This document shows positions 8,525-16,427 of a stretch of 32,000 nt of DNA, one piece after another. Every line of letters starts with the position of its first letter. Positions within the stretch are counted from its first letter, which is position 1. A program made the translations under genes and the position numbers. This DNA comes from Candidatus Woesearchaeota archaeon (GTDB lineage Archaea > Nanobdellota > Nanobdellia > Woesearchaeales > GW2011-AR9), in contig JACQNE010000014.1 in NCBI GenBank assembly GCA_016203205.1, forward strand, positions 1 through 32,000, read 5' to 3'. The notes under the pieces were generated by a model. The model was given only the letters and a program-made list of their open reading frames with translations, had not been told where the DNA came from and did not search any database.

Positions 8525-8730
8525 TTAAATGTTTATTGGTACGTATTGCGTTAAGTCTGTGCGGGCTTGGTCAAGATGGTCTGCCGAGCGCTGGCTTTGA
8601 GCCAGAAATTCAGAGTCTCGCTTATCTCTGAGCATAGTTCGGGAGAGAAGATGTTCTATTCTTTGGGCGAGACGAGGCAGACCGACCTGCCCAAGCACAG
8701 ACTTAATACGTATGGTTAAATGTTTATTGG
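8525..8730. repeat. 176-bp rod-like palindromic element (X2, 8540..8715) bracketed by a perfect 15-bp direct repeat TTAAATGTTTATTGG
   Basis: The direct repeats lie at 8525-8539 and 8716-8730. Nested arms are TACGTATT/AATACGTA, TTAAGTCTGTGC/GCACAGACTTAA, GGGC/GCCC, GGTCTGCC/GGCAGACC and GTCTCGC/GCGAGAC. Confidence 0.6.
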
Positions 8731-9719
8731 CTCTGGATCGCCGCTTTTTGGATCTCATCTTCATCTTCATGCTCATCGAGAATCTCTCCGACGATCTCTT
8801 CCAGAACGTCTTCTAAAGTTATGATGCCGACGATCTTATCTGATTTATTGAGGACAATGAAAATATGGACACGATTCTTTTTAAATAGATTTAAGACTTT
8901 ATCCAGCTTGTCCGCTTCCTGGATATAGAAGATTATCGGCCGCATAATCTCCCGGACAGTGAGCGGGAGGAGATATTCTTTACTGACCAGATCTTTAGTG
9001 AAAAAAATGCCGACCACTTTCTTTTCATGAGGATCATAGACGGGAATACGCGAACAGCCCTGCAGCTGAATCTCTACACGCAAAGAAGGAGTAAGACGCA
9101 TCGAAGGACGGAGGTGATAGGTATTCTTCCAGGGAGTCATCACCTGCCCAACATTTTTATCTGAAAAATGCAGGCCGCGCTGCAGCAGGGAAAATTCTTG
9201 CTCGCGGATATCCGATTTCTGAAATTTTTTCTGCTGTTCGATGAACAGAGAGAACTCTTTTTTGGTGAAGACTGCGGGAAGTTCTTTCCCCAGCATGCGA
9301 TCAAGGCCGTAGGCAATCGGCCAGGTAACTGGATAAAAGAGGTAAAAGAAAAATGAAACCAGCCAGGCAAAACGCGCGCCGAATTCTAGCGCGTGGCGGG
9401 AAAAGATCGCTTGGGGCAGGATCTCACCAAAGATGACAATCAATCCCGTAGCGGTAAGGCTGGCGATGATACCCTGAGTTAGCGAACCCAAAAAAACAGC
9501 AAGGGCAGAATTCACCGCGACATTTCCTAACAACAAAGTACACAGGAGCTGGTTTCCCCGCTTACGGAGAGGGTATACTTTCTGCGCATTTTTATTCCCC
9601 AGCTTTATTTTCCGTTGTAAGGCATAAGGTCCCAGGCTCATTAAGCCTAACGACAGGCCGGAAAATAACGCCGAAAGCCCGATCAAAAAAGTGATAATCA
9701 AGTAATTAAAGAGGACCAT
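8724..9719 (-). CDS. CNNM/CorC-type transporter (DUF21 membrane domain + CBS pair)
   Basis: 331 aa with N-terminal TM helices and the GEILPQ motif, followed by a CBS-pair region. The usual CorC_HlyC C-terminal domain is absent. Confidence 0.85.
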   Translation of the reverse strand: MVLFNYLIITFLIGLSALFSGLSLGLMSLGPYALQRKIKLGNKNAQKVYPLRKRGNQLLCTLLLGNVAVNSALAVFLGSLTQGIIASLTATGLIVIFGEILPQAIFSRHALEFGARFAWLVSFFFYLFYPVTWPIAYGLDRMLGKELPAVFTKKEFSLFIEQQKKFQKSDIREQEFSLLQRGLHFSDKNVGQVMTPWKNTYHLRPSMRLTPSLRVEIQLQGCSRIPVYDPHEKKVVGIFFTKDLVSKEYLLPLTVREIMRPIIFYIQEADKLDKVLNLFKKNRVHIFIVLNKSDKIVGIITLEDVLEEIVGEILDEHEDEDEIQKAAIQSQ

Positions 9720-9776
9720 GAGCTATTCAGTAAGATTGTATCAGGAGCAGCAGTTTATAAGATTTTGCCTAAAAAT

Positions 9777-9938
9777 TGCTTTGTAGAAAAAGTCGTCCTG
9801 GCCATTGACCGCGGCGAAAACCGGTTGTGTTGATGGTTGCGTACGAGTTATTCTCGTCGCTGGTTTTCGCACCTGTTCCTGCATATCGCTTCTCACGGTC
9901 AATCTTCAGGCCAGGCGGACGACTTTTTCTACAGAGCC
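9777..9938 (+). mobile_element. MITE-like non-autonomous element, copy A
   Basis: 162 bp. Its ends are (T)GCTTTGTAGAAAAAGTCGTCC ... GGACGACTTTTTCTACAGAGCC. It is homologous along its length to 13195..13357 (inverted) and 21172..21333. The 9-nt flanks CCTAAAAAT and ACTCAAAAG match at 6/9 positions. Confidence 0.75.
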
Positions 9939-9973
9939 ACTCAAAAGTACGTATCGTCTCCAGCCGCATAATC

Positions 9974-9981
9974 TATTTAAA
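9974..9981 (+). promoter_or_regulatory. TATA-box-like element upstream of guaB
   Basis: TATTTAAA ends about 30 nt upstream of the ATG at 10011. Confidence 0.35.
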
Positions 9982-10010
9982 TCAAAACAAGATTACGAAA
10001 TCACGTGGTA

Positions 10011-11432
10011 ATGACACGTTTGGGGTTGACTTTTGCAGATGTCCTTCTGGTACCAAAGCGAACGCCCCTCTCTTCTCGGACAGAAGCCACATTTAAGACT
10101 CATTTCACCAAAAATATTGTTCTGAACAATCCTTTAGTCAGCGCCAATATGGCTACGGTAACGGAGCATAAGATGGCCATTGCGCTAGCCCGGGAAGGGG
10201 GTTTGGGAATAATCCATCAATTTAGTACGATCGAAGAACAAGTTACCGAAATCAAGAGAGTGAAGCGGAGTACCAGTTATGTTATCGAAAATCCAATTTC
10301 GGTGCCGCCAACGATGACCATCGCTGACGCAGCACAGAAGATGAAAGAAGAAGAGGTCACCAGTCTTTTGGTTGTAGAAAGCGGAAAATTAGTGGGAATT
10401 TTTACCTCCCGCGATTATCTTTTTGAAATAGATTTAACGAAAAGAATCAGTGAGGTGATGACTCCCCAAGAAAAATTGATCAGCGCATCCCCTCAGATTC
10501 TGCTGGAAGAAGCGAAACAACTCCTGCATAAACACCGGATTGAGAAACTGCCTTTGGTGGAAAACAATGTTGTCAAAGGGTTGATCACGACAAAAGACAT
10601 CAAGAAATTAGAGCAGTGGCCAAACGCCGCACGCGATAGCAAAGGAAGATTGTTGGTTGGCGCAGCTGTCGGCGTGAAAGATACATTAGAACGCGCCAAA
10701 GCAGTTATCGAAGCCGGCGCAGATGTTTTAGTTTTGGACATTGCCCATTGCCATTCGGATTATGCTATTCAAAGACTAAAAGAACTTAAAACACATTTCT
10801 CCATTGACGTGATGGCGGGAAATATTGCCACGGGAGAAGCTGCACGTGATTTGATCGAGGCCGGTGCAGATGGGTTAAAAGTGGGGATCGGCCCTTCGCC
10901 GGTCTGTACGACGCGGATTATCGCCGGAGCTGGCGTACCACAGATAACGGCAATCATCGACGTGATGGAAGTTGCCCAGAAATATCATGTGCCGGTCTGT
11001 GCTGATGGCGGGATGAAGTTCCCTGGCGATGTGGCAAAAGCATTGGCTGCGGGCGCGAGTTCCATCTTCTCAGGATATCTTTTTGCGGGAACCGATGAAG
11101 CGCCGGGGATGGTCATCATGAAAGATGGCAAGCGTTATAAGAAATACATGGGCAGCGCATCATATGACAGCAGCCACGAGCGGCGTGAATTATCGCAGGG
11201 AAAACAAGTCAAAGAACGCTTAGATGTCTTTGTCGAAGGAGTTGCCATTCTTGTTGATTACAAAGGGCCAGTGCGTGATGTAATCAACAGCTTGCTGAAA
11301 GGCGTACAGAGCGGGATGAGCTACTGCGGCGCGCGGACGATCCAGGAAATGCAGGCTAATGCTGAATTTATCCAGATTACTTCTGCCGGCTGGGAAGAGA
11401 GCAAAGAGAGAGGACAGAAGCTGAGTGAGTGA
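10011..11432 (+). CDS. guaB: inosine-5'-monophosphate dehydrogenase with CBS pair
   Basis: The N-terminus [10 protein letters not shown] is typical of IMPDH. The catalytic loop reads [11 protein letters not shown] and a CBS pair is inserted. I prefer the ATG at 10011 to the GTG at 10005 used by the ORF track. Confidence 0.9.
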   Translation: MTRLGLTFADVLLVPKRTPLSSRTEATFKTHFTKNIVLNNPLVSANMATVTEHKMAIALAREGGLGIIHQFSTIEEQVTEIKRVKRSTSYVIENPISVPPTMTIADAAQKMKEEEVTSLLVVESGKLVGIFTSRDYLFEIDLTKRISEVMTPQEKLISASPQILLEEAKQLLHKHRIEKLPLVENNVVKGLITTKDIKKLEQWPNAARDSKGRLLVGAAVGVKDTLERAKAVIEAGADVLVLDIAHCHSDYAIQRLKELKTHFSIDVMAGNIATGEAARDLIEAGADGLKVGIGPSPVCTTRIIAGAGVPQITAIIDVMEVAQKYHVPVCADGGMKFPGDVAKALAAGASSIFSGYLFAGTDEAPGMVIMKDGKRYKKYMGSASYDSSHERRELSQGKQVKERLDVFVEGVAILVDYKGPVRDVINSLLKGVQSGMSYCGARTIQEMQANAEFIQITSAGWEESKERGQKLSE

Positions 11433-11438
11433 AGAGGT

Positions 11439-11750
11439 TTAAGAGCTATAAATTTCAACAATTCTCTCTAATTCGGGGGGTAAATCCTGCGTCTCTTTGA
11501 ATTTCTGGCGGGCATGGATGGATGTGGGAATATCAGTTATCGTACGATATCGCTGTTCTAAAGCCCACGGAAGAAGCTTTTCTTGCCAACATCCCCAACC
11601 GTGATCCCATGCCTCCGTGAACAATCCGCTCCAATAGTAGGGATTTGCACTTTTACTGAAACCGGCTCTCGCCGCAGCAAAGCCTTTGATCGTTGCGCGA
11701 TCTTCCAGAGCAACAATCCCGGCGCGTTCCCCCTCATAGGCCTGACACAT
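11439..11750 (-). CDS. hypothetical protein with Rmf (ribosome modulation factor)-like motif
   Basis: 103 aa. The segment RATIKGFAAARAGFSKSANPY...WDHGW aligns by eye with the E. coli Rmf core RAHQRGYQAGIAGRSKEMCPY...WLGGW, which I recall from memory. A TATA-like TTTTATAC lies about 25 nt upstream. Confidence 0.5.
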   Translation of the reverse strand: MCQAYEGERAGIVALEDRATIKGFAAARAGFSKSANPYYWSGLFTEAWDHGWGCWQEKLLPWALEQRYRTITDIPTSIHARQKFKETQDLPPELERIVEIYSS

Positions 11751-11785
11751 GAATTTAAAGATAGAGAAGAAGTATAAAAGAATTT

Positions 11786-12430
11786 CTATTCCTTGTGTAC
11801 TTCTCGTTTGATCAATTCAATAATCTCCGGAAACTCGGTGATCTTAAAGTGTCCTTTGATATGGTTAAAAGTAATAATGTTTGCACTCTTTAATTTCCGA
11901 CGATATTTTTTCGCATGAGATACCGGAACAACATCATCATTTTTTGAAAATAATAATGTAAGATGCGGGGAATTTCTCTCCAGCAGGGATAAGTTTGATT
12001 TAAGCTTAAATCCGCCAGCGAGATCTTCATTGGGGAGGGTATCATCAAAAGGTGGTGCAATGAGAAAAGTAGAAAGAATCTTTTTGGGAAATTTATTCTC
12101 GGAGAGATATTTCGCCAGGAAAATTCCTCCCAAAGATATTCCAATGAGGATGATATTGTTTCTTAATAAAGGAAAATGCCTTTCAAAATGAATCTTCCAA
12201 TCGATGTATTTTGCATTGTCAGGAGAGGGCATATCTGGCGTTATGATCTGAAACTTCTGTCCTAATTTCTTCTTAAGATATTCATCGCGCCAGCGTATCT
12301 TCTCTTCAATGGATATCTTTCTGGTTTTTAAAAAGTGGAGGTAATCTTTCCTGCTCTTAAACGTCATCCCACCATGAATGATCATGATTTGAACTTTCTT
12401 CATGGTAGATTTAGATCCAAATTTAGGCAC
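11786..12430 (-). CDS. alpha/beta hydrolase (YdeN/RBBP9-like serine hydrolase)
   Basis: 214 aa with the nucleophile elbow GISLGG. Conserved Asp and His candidates lie further downstream (NDDVVP, KGHF). Confidence 0.75.
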   Translation of the reverse strand: MPKFGSKSTMKKVQIMIIHGGMTFKSRKDYLHFLKTRKISIEEKIRWRDEYLKKKLGQKFQIITPDMPSPDNAKYIDWKIHFERHFPLLRNNIILIGISLGGIFLAKYLSENKFPKKILSTFLIAPPFDDTLPNEDLAGGFKLKSNLSLLERNSPHLTLLFSKNDDVVPVSHAKKYRRKLKSANIITFNHIKGHFKITEFPEIIELIKREVHKE

Positions 12431-13151
12431 TCATTTTTCTTCGCGCCGAGAAGATCATCGTGATGAAACCGAACGCGGCGAGAAGATAAGCCGAACTATA
12501 GAGAAGGTTACGGAGGATGCCGGTGACATCGATTTCTAACCCCGCTGTTGAGGAAACATAAAGGATATCCGCAATCAGGATGCCGACACTGGTGATAAAG
12601 AGCATCAACAGGCTGTTTCGGAAATGTTCTATCTTGGAATAATATAAAGGGATGATCGAACCAAAAGTGATGATCAAACAGTCGGCGAGAGGATAGAAGA
12701 ACGAGACAAAAAGATGGCCTTGACCGGTTGTAAGTTTAGCCAGATCGCTCTGCAGAAGATACAAAAGCACGGCTCCGAAAAGAACGACTCCTCCCACGAC
12801 CATCGCAACTAATTTAGATGATTCTCGATGTGTCTTATGGCAAGTCCAGGCGAAGGCAAAAAATGACAAGATCAAAGTCACCGCACCTAACGTCCAATAG
12901 ACATCGGGCATGCTGGCCGGCGGGACTTCGCCGTAAACTGTGAAAATGAGATAGTACGTTAATTCACCTAACGCATATAAAGAGTAGCCGATCACTAAAG
13001 AGAAATAGATAAAGAAAGTTTTGTCTGTAAACAAATCTTTGATCTTATTCTTGAAGAGAGTGTTGAGCATGAACAGGCCGGAGACAGCCGTAAGAAGAGC
13101 GAAGGAAACGGTCGTGAGATAGAGAACATTGCTTACCTGCTCTAACACCAT
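12423..13151 (-). CDS. multi-pass membrane protein, unknown function
   Basis: The body of the protein is a run of hydrophobic helices. I place the start at MVLEQ (13151). The 52 upstream codons in the track ORF (to 13307) read through the MITE copy B, and a TATA-like TTTATATA lies about 28 nt upstream of 13151. Confidence 0.65.
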   Translation of the reverse strand: MVLEQVSNVLYLTTVSFALLTAVSGLFMLNTLFKNKIKDLFTDKTFFIYFSLVIGYSLYALGELTYYLIFTVYGEVPPASMPDVYWTLGAVTLILSFFAFAWTCHKTHRESSKLVAMVVGGVVLFGAVLLYLLQSDLAKLTTGQGHLFVSFFYPLADCLIITFGSIIPLYYSKIEHFRNSLLMLFITSVGILIADILYVSSTAGLEIDVTGILRNLLYSSAYLLAAFGFITMIFSARRKMSA

Positions 13152-13194
13152 ACTTTTAGAGAATATTTGGAGGTATATAAATGATTCGGAAATG

Positions 13195-13357
13195 GGCACT
13201 AGTAGAAAAAGTCGTCCGCTTGGCCGGAAGATTGACCGTGAGAAGCGATTTACAGGAACAGCTGCGAAAACCAGCGATGAGAATAGCTCGTACGCAACCA
13301 TCCACACAACCGGTTTTCGCCACGGTCAATGGCCAGGAGGACTTTTTCTCCAGAGCC
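13195..13357 (-). mobile_element. MITE-like non-autonomous element, copy B (inverted relative to A and C)
   Basis: By hand alignment it is the reverse complement of copy A, with about 11 mismatches over about 150 nt. GGAAAT hexamers sit on both flanks. Confidence 0.75.
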
Positions 13358-13417
13358 GGAAATCGCTGTTTTGCCAACGCCAGAAAATAATATAAATCAG
13401 AGAAATATTATCAACCG

Positions 13418-13846
13418 ATGGATTATGCAAAGAGCGGGGAAGACCACTGGGATCCAAAGCTGAACCCCTGGCGGGCACAGGCAGGGAGCGGTGTTGTGGC
13501 GATGGACTTTTCTGGATTCTATGTCCGGCCAGAGAGTCATACGCTCGGAAGAGACGAGGCACTGCGCTACGTCGATGCCCGGGCCGCGAGACAAATAGTT
13601 GCCGCAGAGACCGAACAGATCGCTCCAGAAGAAAAACCGCCGTATGCCGACCAGAACAAATTTGCTTTAATTCATCTTCAAGGACCACAACTGCCACTTC
13701 TGGATCGAAAGCCATTTCAGAGCCTGTACGAACTAGCCCGAAGACAGATGGACAGCCTTCCGACACGGCAAGATCGGCCGCCCCTGGATAACATCGAAAG
13801 AAGAATGGCTGAGAAATGGGAAAACAGGAGAGATTCGAGATCGTAA
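13418..13846 (+). CDS. hypothetical protein (G+C-rich ORF)
   Basis: 142-aa ORF with a charged, plausible composition. TAATATAAAT ends 20 nt upstream of the ATG. A longer ORF is open on the opposite strand, so strand assignment is uncertain. Confidence 0.4.
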   Translation: MDYAKSGEDHWDPKLNPWRAQAGSGVVAMDFSGFYVRPESHTLGRDEALRYVDARAARQIVAAETEQIAPEEKPPYADQNKFALIHLQGPQLPLLDRKPFQSLYELARRQMDSLPTRQDRPPLDNIERRMAEKWENRRDSRS

Positions 13847-13871
13847 AGTATTCTGACAAAATATACAACAA

Positions 13872-13879
13872 TTTTTAAA
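13872..13879 (+). promoter_or_regulatory. TATA-box-like element upstream of valS
   Basis: TTTTTAAA ends 25 nt upstream of the ATG at 13905. Confidence 0.3.
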
Positions 13880-13904
13880 GAACTAACCTCTCTCCTCAAA
13901 ATCG

Positions 13905-16427
13905 ATGGAACTTCCACAACGCTATGATCCTAAAGAAGCAGAACCAAAGTGGCAAAAGTATTGGGAAGACCTGAAAGTCTTCAAATTTGATCCACATTCC
14001 CCAAAACCGATTTATTCTATTGATACGCCTCCACCTACTGTATCAGGAAAGATGCATCTAGGTCATGCATTTAGTTATTCTCAAGGAGATTTCATTGCTC
14101 GTTATCAACGGATGAAAGGGAATAATGTATTTTATCCGTTTGGTACGGATGATAATGGGTTGGCCACGGAAAAACTTGTTGAAAAAACGAGAAAAGTCAT
14201 TTCTAAAAAGATGGAGCGAAACGAGTTCATTAAACTATGCTTAGAAACGTTAAATGAACTACGGCCGGGATTTGTCCAAGATTGGAAACGGATAGGGATG
14301 AGTTGTGATTTCTCGATTTTCTATTCTACAATTAATGATCACTGCCGCAGAATTTCACAGAAGTCATTTGTAGATTTGTATAAAAATGGCCGTATTTACC
14401 AAAAAAAAGCCCCAATCATTTTCTGTCCAGGATGCAAAACTGCAATTGCACAAGTAGAGATGGAAGATGTAGAAAAAGATACTACTTTAAATTATATCAA
14501 AGCAAAAATCGAAACGGGAGAGTATATTATCTACGCTACGACAAGACCAGAATTACATCCCGGATGCGTAGGTATCTCTCTTGATCAAAACGGGGATTAC
14601 GTCACCGTACTACGTGAAACAGGAGAAAAATGGATTATTAGTGAGGATGCTGTAGAGAAGATGAGTAAAGCTTTCCCGATGAGCGTGTTAAAGAAGTTTA
14701 AAGGGAAAGAGCTTGTTGGAAAAAAAGTTGAAATCCCCTTCAGTCAAAAGCCCGTTCTGATTACACATGATGTTTCAGCAAAAACAGGGTATGGTTCCGG
14801 AATTGTATTTTATTGCACCTATGGTGGCTTGGATTGTGTAGAATGGATGGTACGTCATCCCGATGTTCAACCAATATTGATTATGGATGAATCAGGAGTG
14901 TATAACGAATTAAGCCCTTACAAAGGGATGAATTCGACAGAAGCACGCAAAGAGATTCTTCAGGATTTAGAGAAGAAAGGAGTGTTACTTAAGAAAGAGC
15001 CATTACACCATGTTGTTAATGTCCATGAACGTTGTGGCACTGATATTGAATATATTGCAACAAAACAATGGTTTGTGAAGTATCTTGATTTAAGAGAGAC
15101 CTTCTTAGAAGCAGGAGCGCAATTACATTGGTATCCCCCCCACATGAAAGTTCGATATGATCATTGGATTAAAGGTTTAAACTGGGATTGGTGCATATCC
15201 CGACAGCGACATTTTGGCATTCCCATACCGGTATGGTATGATGAAAAAGGGAAGGTCATTTTACCCGCTGAAGAGCAATTGCCCGTTGATCCATTAAAAG
15301 ACAAGCCTAAGAGTTACAAAGGCAAGGTTACGGCGGAAAAGGACGTATTGGATACGTGGGCAACGTCATCGATGACGCCGCAATTAGCGATAGAATTATT
15401 TGACGACGAACAGTTAAGGAAAAAATTGTTTCCGATGAGTTTGCGGCCACAAGCTCATGACATTATTACTTTTTGGCTGTTTAATACGTTAGTGAAGTCA
15501 CAACTTCACTATGGGGTTAATCCTTGGAAAGACGTCGTAATTTCAGGACATGCACAAGATCCCCACGGTAAGAAAATGTCGAAGTCGAAAGGAAATGTGA
15601 TAGAACCGCAATTGATGGTAGATAAATATTCTGCTGACGCGCTCCGCTTTTGGGCAGCAGGTTCTACACTAGGAGATGATTTACCATTTCAGGAAAAAGA
15701 TTTGGTGACCGGCCAGAAATTTGCGACAAAGTTATGGAATGCGGCGAAATTTTGTATCATGCATCTGGAAGATTTTAGAGTTGCCGAGAATCATTCCGTC
15801 ACTGAAGAGATGGATCGATGGCTGTTAAGTAAATTACAGAAAATAATGACAGAAGGTACTGAAAGTTTTGAACGCTATGAATATTCTAAGACCAAAACAA
15901 AAGTAGAGCATTTTTTCTGGCATGATTTCTGTGATCAATACCTGGAGATTGTCAAAGAGCGGTTATATAATCCTGAAGCACGCGGAGCGGCTGGGAGGAG
16001 AAGCGCGCAATATACGTTATACCACACTTTATTAACAATCTTAAAGATGATGGCACCGATCACTCCCCATATCACCGAAGAGATTTATCAGCTGTTTTTC
16101 GCCGCGAAGGAAGGAGCAAAAAGCATTCATCTCTCCGCTTGGCCGGCAGCCAACTCTCAACTGATCGACGAGCATGCTGAATTAACGGGTGACATTGCCG
16201 TCGATATCATTAGTGCTGTCCGAAAATGGAAGTCGGAACAAAAAGTGTCGCTAAAAGAGGAAATTGCAGAATTAATTGTCATCAGTGAAGAGAAAGGATT
16301 CGGCGAGATGCTTGGACAGGTCAGAGGCGATCTTCGGGCAGTACTGAACGTCAAAGAGATTGTCTCCTCTGGCGAGGCATCATTGGTATCAGAAAAGTTT
16401 GGAGTTAAGATTGGTGTACGACGGTAA
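13905..16427 (+). CDS. valS: valine--tRNA ligase (class Ia)
   Basis: 840 aa. Motifs: DTPPPTVSGKMHLGHAFSY (HIGH-type) and KMSKS (KKMSKSKGN). An editing-domain insertion is present. The length and N-terminal motif fit archaeal ValRS better than LeuRS or IleRS. Confidence 0.8.
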   Translation: MELPQRYDPKEAEPKWQKYWEDLKVFKFDPHSPKPIYSIDTPPPTVSGKMHLGHAFSYSQGDFIARYQRMKGNNVFYPFGTDDNGLATEKLVEKTRKVISKKMERNEFIKLCLETLNELRPGFVQDWKRIGMSCDFSIFYSTINDHCRRISQKSFVDLYKNGRIYQKKAPIIFCPGCKTAIAQVEMEDVEKDTTLNYIKAKIETGEYIIYATTRPELHPGCVGISLDQNGDYVTVLRETGEKWIISEDAVEKMSKAFPMSVLKKFKGKELVGKKVEIPFSQKPVLITHDVSAKTGYGSGIVFYCTYGGLDCVEWMVRHPDVQPILIMDESGVYNELSPYKGMNSTEARKEILQDLEKKGVLLKKEPLHHVVNVHERCGTDIEYIATKQWFVKYLDLRETFLEAGAQLHWYPPHMKVRYDHWIKGLNWDWCISRQRHFGIPIPVWYDEKGKVILPAEEQLPVDPLKDKPKSYKGKVTAEKDVLDTWATSSMTPQLAIELFDDEQLRKKLFPMSLRPQAHDIITFWLFNTLVKSQLHYGVNPWKDVVISGHAQDPHGKKMSKSKGNVIEPQLMVDKYSADALRFWAAGSTLGDDLPFQEKDLVTGQKFATKLWNAAKFCIMHLEDFRVAENHSVTEEMDRWLLSKLQKIMTEGTESFERYEYSKTKTKVEHFFWHDFCDQYLEIVKERLYNPEARGAAGRRSAQYTLYHTLLTILKMMAPITPHITEEIYQLFFAAKEGAKSIHLSAWPAANSQLIDEHAELTGDIAVDIISAVRKWKSEQKVSLKEEIAELIVISEEKGFGEMLGQVRGDLRAVLNVKEIVSSGEASLVSEKFGVKIGVRR

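Noticed and set aside
8525-8776. 83-aa minus-strand ORF spanning the rfcL/CorC intergenic region.
   Set aside because: It lies across the palindromic element and overlaps the CorC-like 3' end. The peptide is low-complexity and Lys/Arg-rich.
9783-9798. GTAGAAAAAGTCGTCC resembles the RNase P RNA CR-I/P4 string GAGGAAAGUCC.
   Set aside because: The string is the terminal inverted repeat of a three-copy element and is present at both ends in inverted form. No CR-IV or CR-V counterparts (ACAGAA...) are visible, and three RNase P genes in 12 kb is implausible.
9769-10096. Track ORFs 9769..9969, 9805..10011 and 9827..10096 give similar peptides to ORFs at 13129..13395, 13156..13377 and 21188..21424.
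   Set aside because: The peptide similarity is a by-product of translating the MITE copies. The ORFs are open in different frames and strands and cross element boundaries. They also lack plausible starts or promoters.
12423-13307. Full-length 294-aa version of the membrane-protein ORF.
   Set aside because: The first 52 codons read through MITE copy B and duplicate a peptide seen in a non-genic ORF at copy A. An internal ATG at 13151 has a TATA-like box at the right distance.
13326-13871. 181-aa minus-strand ORF in the G+C-rich patch.
   Set aside because: Its composition is rich in Arg, Ser and Pro, as expected for an antisense frame. Its C-terminus lies inside the MITE, and no promoter-like sequence lies upstream. 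It is kept only as an alternative in the finding on 13418-13871.
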